Below are positions 60,699 through 64,000 of a DNA stretch of 64,000 nt, one piece after another (position 1 is the first letter of the stretch; every line of letters begins with the position of its first letter). This DNA comes from Parcubacteria group bacterium M10-OD1-1 (lineage in GTDB: Bacteria > Patescibacteriota > Minisyncoccia > Moranbacterales > UBA2206). A program made the position numbers and the translations under genes. The DNA lies in assembly GCA_003056145.1 (NCBI GenBank), contig LSNL01000003.1:73993-137992 (forward strand). The letters are read 5' to 3'. The notes below the pieces were generated by a model. It had not been told where the DNA came from, searched no databases, and saw only the letters and a list, made by a program, of their open reading frames with translations.

Positions 60699-61529
60699 AT
60701 GCGACAATACGGATATTTTAACGGTAAAATTATTACTAATGATAAAATTAAAATTAGCCCTTACGATATAGGTTTACTACGTGGTTACGGGGTTTTTGAT
60801 GTAATGCGAACACGGAATGGAAAACCATTTCTTCTGGCTAAACACTGGGAAAGATTACAAAATTCTGCTCAAGAATTAAACTTAAAAATTCCAATTTTAG
60901 AAAAAGAATTTGCTAAAATTATTAGAAAATTATTAGAAAAAAATAAATTTCAGGAGTCAACTATTAGAACGGTTCTAACGGGAGGAGAAAGTTCTAATGG
61001 ATTTTCTTTAGAAGGAAAATTTACCTTTTTTATTTTAATTGAACAGTTTAATTCTCTGCCAAAAAAATATTTAAGAGAGGGTGTAAAAGTGATAACTACT
61101 AATTTTCATCGAAATTTTCCTCAAGCTAAAATAACCAATCATTTATTGGCAATTAAAATGCAAAAAGAAAGAATTAGAAAGAAAGCCTATGAAATTATCT
61201 ATACTTATAAAAACTTGGCTTTGGAAGCGACTACAAGTAATTTATTCATTGTAAGAAATGATAAAATTATTACTGCTAAAGAAGGAATTTTACCTGGAAT
61301 TACTAGGGGGCTCGTGTTAGATTTGGCTAAGAGAGAAGGATTATTAGTAATTGAAAAAAATATTTCAGTCAGAAATTTGTTTTCTGCTCAAGAAGTATTT
61401 TTAACAGCCTCTAGTAAGGATATTCTTCCTGTAAGAGAGATAGATGGTAAAAAGGTGGGCGATGGTCAACCTGGAGAAAAAACCAAAATATTGATAGAAA
61501 CTTTTCAAAAGTTTGTCAAAAATTATTGA
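60699..61529 (+). CDS. Aminotransferase class IV (D-amino acid / branched-chain type)
   Basis: GLLRGYGVFD, HWERL, PLP Lys in AKITN, EATTSN, LPGITR, EVFLTAS. Confidence 0.9.
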   Translation: MRQYGYFNGKIITNDKIKISPYDIGLLRGYGVFDVMRTRNGKPFLLAKHWERLQNSAQELNLKIPILEKEFAKIIRKLLEKNKFQESTIRTVLTGGESSNGFSLEGKFTFFILIEQFNSLPKKYLREGVKVITTNFHRNFPQAKITNHLLAIKMQKERIRKKAYEIIYTYKNLALEATTSNLFIVRNDKIITAKEGILPGITRGLVLDLAKREGLLVIEKNISVRNLFSAQEVFLTASSKDILPVREIDGKKVGDGQPGEKTKILIETFQKFVKNY

Positions 61530-61576
61530 TTGAATTAAACTAGAAGTTGAGATAGCTAGTAGAAATTAAAATTTAA

Positions 61577-61649
61577 GTCCTCGTAGCTCAGTGGATAGAG
61601 CGTCTGGTTGCGGTCCAGAAGGTCGGAGGTTCGATTCTTCCCGAGGACA
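61577..61649 (+). tRNA. tRNA-Arg(GCG)
   Basis: Acceptor GTCCTCG/CGAGGAC, anticodon arm tctgg-ttGCGgt-ccaga, GGTTCGATT T-loop. Confidence 0.93.
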
Positions 61650-61809
61650 CTAAAAGAGCCTCTATTTAAATAGGGATTTTATATTGGAAAAGAGAAAGTA
61701 GAATTTCCATAAAAACTTTTTTTAAACAAAATCCTGAATAAATCGGTGTGTTTCCGCTTGCTTCTGTTTCGCTTTGGCGAAATCAAAACAGAAAATTTTA
61801 CTTTCCCTC

Positions 61810-62340
61810 TTAAAAGAAAAAGTCAAAAAAGTTTCTTTGTTTTCTGCTTGGGTAAATGCTTCAATAACTTAATTTGAAAAAGAAAAAACGGGAATTACCC
61901 AAGCAGAAAGCTCTTTCGCCCAAAAAACGCAAGATGAGCTTGTAAAAATAGAAACAAAGCTTGACCGTTTGCTTGATTTGCAATTAGAGGGCAATGTGTC
62001 GCAAACGGAATATGCCGTTAAAAAGCAAAGGCTAATTCTTACAAAAAAGGATTTGGAAGAAAAAATTTCCGTTTTTGGGCGAAAGAGCAATAATCGGTTC
62101 GAACTCGCCATTGCCTTTCTAAAAGACGCCAACCAAGCCGAAAAATATGCTCAACAAAAAAATCCCGAAAGGATTCGGGATTTTCTAAAAAAGATTGGTT
62201 CAAACCTTCACATTGTCAATCGCACGCTGGCATACGACCTTAAAAAACCTTGAATTATAACGGAAAAATACCATACCGAGACGCAACGCGCCGAGGCAAC
62301 CTCTTACGATTTTACAAAAATTCAAATTTGGCGGAGAGGC
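61810..62340 (+). pseudogene. C-terminal remnant of a large serine recombinase
   Basis: One frame reads KVKKVSLFSAW...*FEKEK...KLDRLLDLQLEGNVSQTEYAVKKQRL...FLKKIGSNL...KKP*...IWRRG. In-frame stops at 61870 and 62251. No catalytic N-terminus. Abuts the tRNA-Ser 3' end. Confidence 0.7.
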
Positions 62341-62418
62341 AGGGATTCGAACCCTGGAACCCGATTAAAGGTTAACACGTTAGCAGTGTGCCGCTTTCGA
62401 CCACTCAGCCACCTCTCC
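62329..62418 (-). tRNA. tRNA-Ser(GCT)
   Basis: Reverse complement GGAGAGGTGGCTGAGTGGTCGAAAGCG...CTGCTAA..., long variable arm, GGTTCGAATCCCTGCCTCTCCGCCA. Confidence 0.95.
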
Positions 62419-62574
62419 ATTTTATTAGGAAAACAAGTGTAATTTTCCTTTCTAAATATATCTATTAAGATTAAATTACGATTTTAAAATCGTAACTATT
62501 TAAGTTTAACAGGTTTTTTAAAAAAATCAATAAAACTTTATTTTTTAAAGGATAATTTTGTCGGAAACAAAAAA

Positions 62575-63291
62575 TTAATTTTTAGTTTGCTCTTTTTTGG
62601 CTTTTTTAATTTCAGCTATGACCGCTGCAGTTTCTTTCTTAATTGTTTCCATAGCTATTTTTCTTTTAATATATAGATGCATCAATGAGAAAACTATCAT
62701 ACTAGCAAAGATAATTCCTACTATATTTAGCAAGAATAGAACAAAAGAATTACTAATAATAGCCCAATTAAAATGGGCGATTCCTATTCCCATTAACGCG
62801 AGAGGAGGAATAATAGCTACTGAAATGGCAACTCCTGGTAAGGTTTCGCTTAAATGAGGCTTAATTAAAGCAAAAGAAGCTGCGAAACCAGCTACAATAG
62901 CAATAGCTCCATAAATTAAAGAGGGTTGAATATGAGATATAATTTGAGTGTTAGCCTTAAAATCTGAGGTGAAAAATAAAGTTACTAAAGCTGAAGAAGC
63001 TACACCAAAGGCCATTGATTTTACGATTGTATAGAAAGATCGAGAAATAACTTTGCTATCAGCGATAACTATTCCTAAGGAAAGGCTTAAAATGGGATAA
63101 AGCATCGGAGCAATTAGCATACTACCAATAATAACAGCTGAATTATTAATCAAAAAACCAAAAGTTGCCATTAAAATAGAGAGAACAATCATTAAAAAAA
63201 AGTCTTGACGAGGAGTACTTTCACGAATTAAATTTTCAATAGCATGAGACTTATCTTTCTCGGTTAGATTATTAAATAATACTAAAGTCAT
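62575..63291 (-). CDS. DUF389 family membrane protein
   Basis: NSAVIIGSMLIAP, LPGVAISVAIIPPL. Confidence 0.85.
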   Translation of the reverse strand: MTLVLFNNLTEKDKSHAIENLIRESTPRQDFFLMIVLSILMATFGFLINNSAVIIGSMLIAPMLYPILSLSLGIVIADSKVISRSFYTIVKSMAFGVASSALVTLFFTSDFKANTQIISHIQPSLIYGAIAIVAGFAASFALIKPHLSETLPGVAISVAIIPPLALMGIGIAHFNWAIISNSFVLFLLNIVGIIFASMIVFSLMHLYIKRKIAMETIKKETAAVIAEIKKAKKEQTKN

Positions 63292-63513
63292 AATTTTTTT
63301 ATAAGATTTAATATTTTCATTATAAAACAGTTATTTTTTTAAAGCAACAAAAGAGGTCATTTAGTAGTTAAATAGATTAACAGGAAATTAAAACTATCAC
63401 TTCAATTGGTCTGATTAAGCTTACTTTGATAGGTGATTTTGTTTTAATTAGTTTAAATTAAAATTTTAAAAATCAGTATAAATAGTTAAGCCTAAAGTAG
63501 CATTTTTAAAAAT

Positions 63514-63560
63514 TTGACAAGTATTCTTTGTCTTGATAGTATATCAATATAATTAGATAT
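63514..63560 (+). promoter_or_regulatory. Sigma70 promoter with probable ArsR operator
   Basis: TTGACA-17 nt-TAGTAT, followed by inverted repeat ATATC-N10-GATAT (63541-63560) just upstream of arsR. Confidence 0.6.
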
Positions 63561-63577
63561 AGTTAATACTAATTAAT

Positions 63578-63886
63578 ATGAGTTATGATTGTTGTAGTCG
63601 TTCTAGCCTTAGAGAACTTTCTCAAGTTTCTCTGTTTTTAAAAGCAGTCGCTGATGAAAATCGATTAAAGATTATTTGTTTTCTAAGAAAGCAAGAACGG
63701 TGTGTTTGTGAAATTGTAGAATTTTTGAACTTGCCTCAAAATCTAGTCTCCCATCATTTAGGGGTTCTTAGAGAACGAGAGATAGTTTCTACTAAAAAAG
63801 ATGGGTTAAAGGTACTATACTCTTTAAATGATAAAAATATTTCAAAAACTCTTAAATTTCTTAATTTTTTAATCTCAAAATTATAA
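63578..63886 (+). CDS. ArsR/SmtB family transcriptional repressor
   Basis: KAVADENRLKI, CVCEI, QNLVSHHL, Y-S-L wing. Confidence 0.92.
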   Translation: MSYDCCSRSSLRELSQVSLFLKAVADENRLKIICFLRKQERCVCEIVEFLNLPQNLVSHHLGVLREREIVSTKKDGLKVLYSLNDKNISKTLKFLNFLISKL

Positions 63887-64000
63887 TGGAAAAAATAAAT
63901 ATTCAAGTTTTTGGTTCAGGTTGTCCGACTTGTAAAATTCTTTACGAAAAAGTTTCTCAAGTAGCACAACAAATTGATTCGTCGTTAACAGTAGAGTACG
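63886..64000 (+). CDS. Small thioredoxin-like (redox-active disulfide) protein, N-terminal part
   Basis: MEKINIQVFGSGCPTCKILYE...; CxxC motif; start overlaps the arsR stop; cut by window edge. Confidence 0.8.
   Translation, partial: MEKINIQVFGSGCPTCKILYEKVSQVAQQIDSSLTVEY

Noticed and set aside
60699-61529. Class IV aminotransferase as part of the Hxs cluster
   Set aside because: It is co-oriented and only 23 bp away, but it is a common stand-alone gene and has a TATAAT just upstream. Membership is unresolved without synteny, so it was left out.
62251-62253. In-frame TGA as evidence for code 25 recoding or selenocysteine
   Set aside because: Long genes are intact under code 11, TGA ends several genes cleanly (48018, 56954), and the same frame also has a TAA.

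Overview
AT-rich bacterial window read in standard code 11 (TGA is used as stop). Gene content and style point to a Patescibacteria (CPR, Parcubacteria, possibly Ca. Moranbacteria) genome; this is inference, not a database result. The first 43 kb is mostly housekeeping: hypD end, hypE, a half-length hypF, recO, tgt, a U32 protein, glyS, pepA, rsmI-metG-tatD, a complete F1Fo ATP synthase operon, a GGDEF protein, leuS with an inserted Nudix domain, VanW, Hsp20, tsaD, tRNA-Glu, a lipid-handling cluster and recG. The standout is a 17.5-kb, 17-gene co-oriented cluster (43138-60675), a greatly expanded His-Xaa-Ser (Hxs) RiPP-like system. Its precursor ends in C-A-HVS-(HGS)7-HSQGGWC and its leader resembles a Flp/class III pilin signal. 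The cluster also encodes eight radical SAM enzymes, two HxsD-like proteins, a YcaO, an A24 prepilin-type peptidase, an Lnt-like N-acyltransferase, a Dph6-like ATP pyrophosphatase, a possible prenyltransferase and two Cys-rich surface proteins. The right end holds tRNA-Arg(GCG), a decayed serine recombinase running into tRNA-Ser(GCT), a DUF389 gene and the start of an ArsR operon. All family calls come from recognising motifs by eye; no searches were run.
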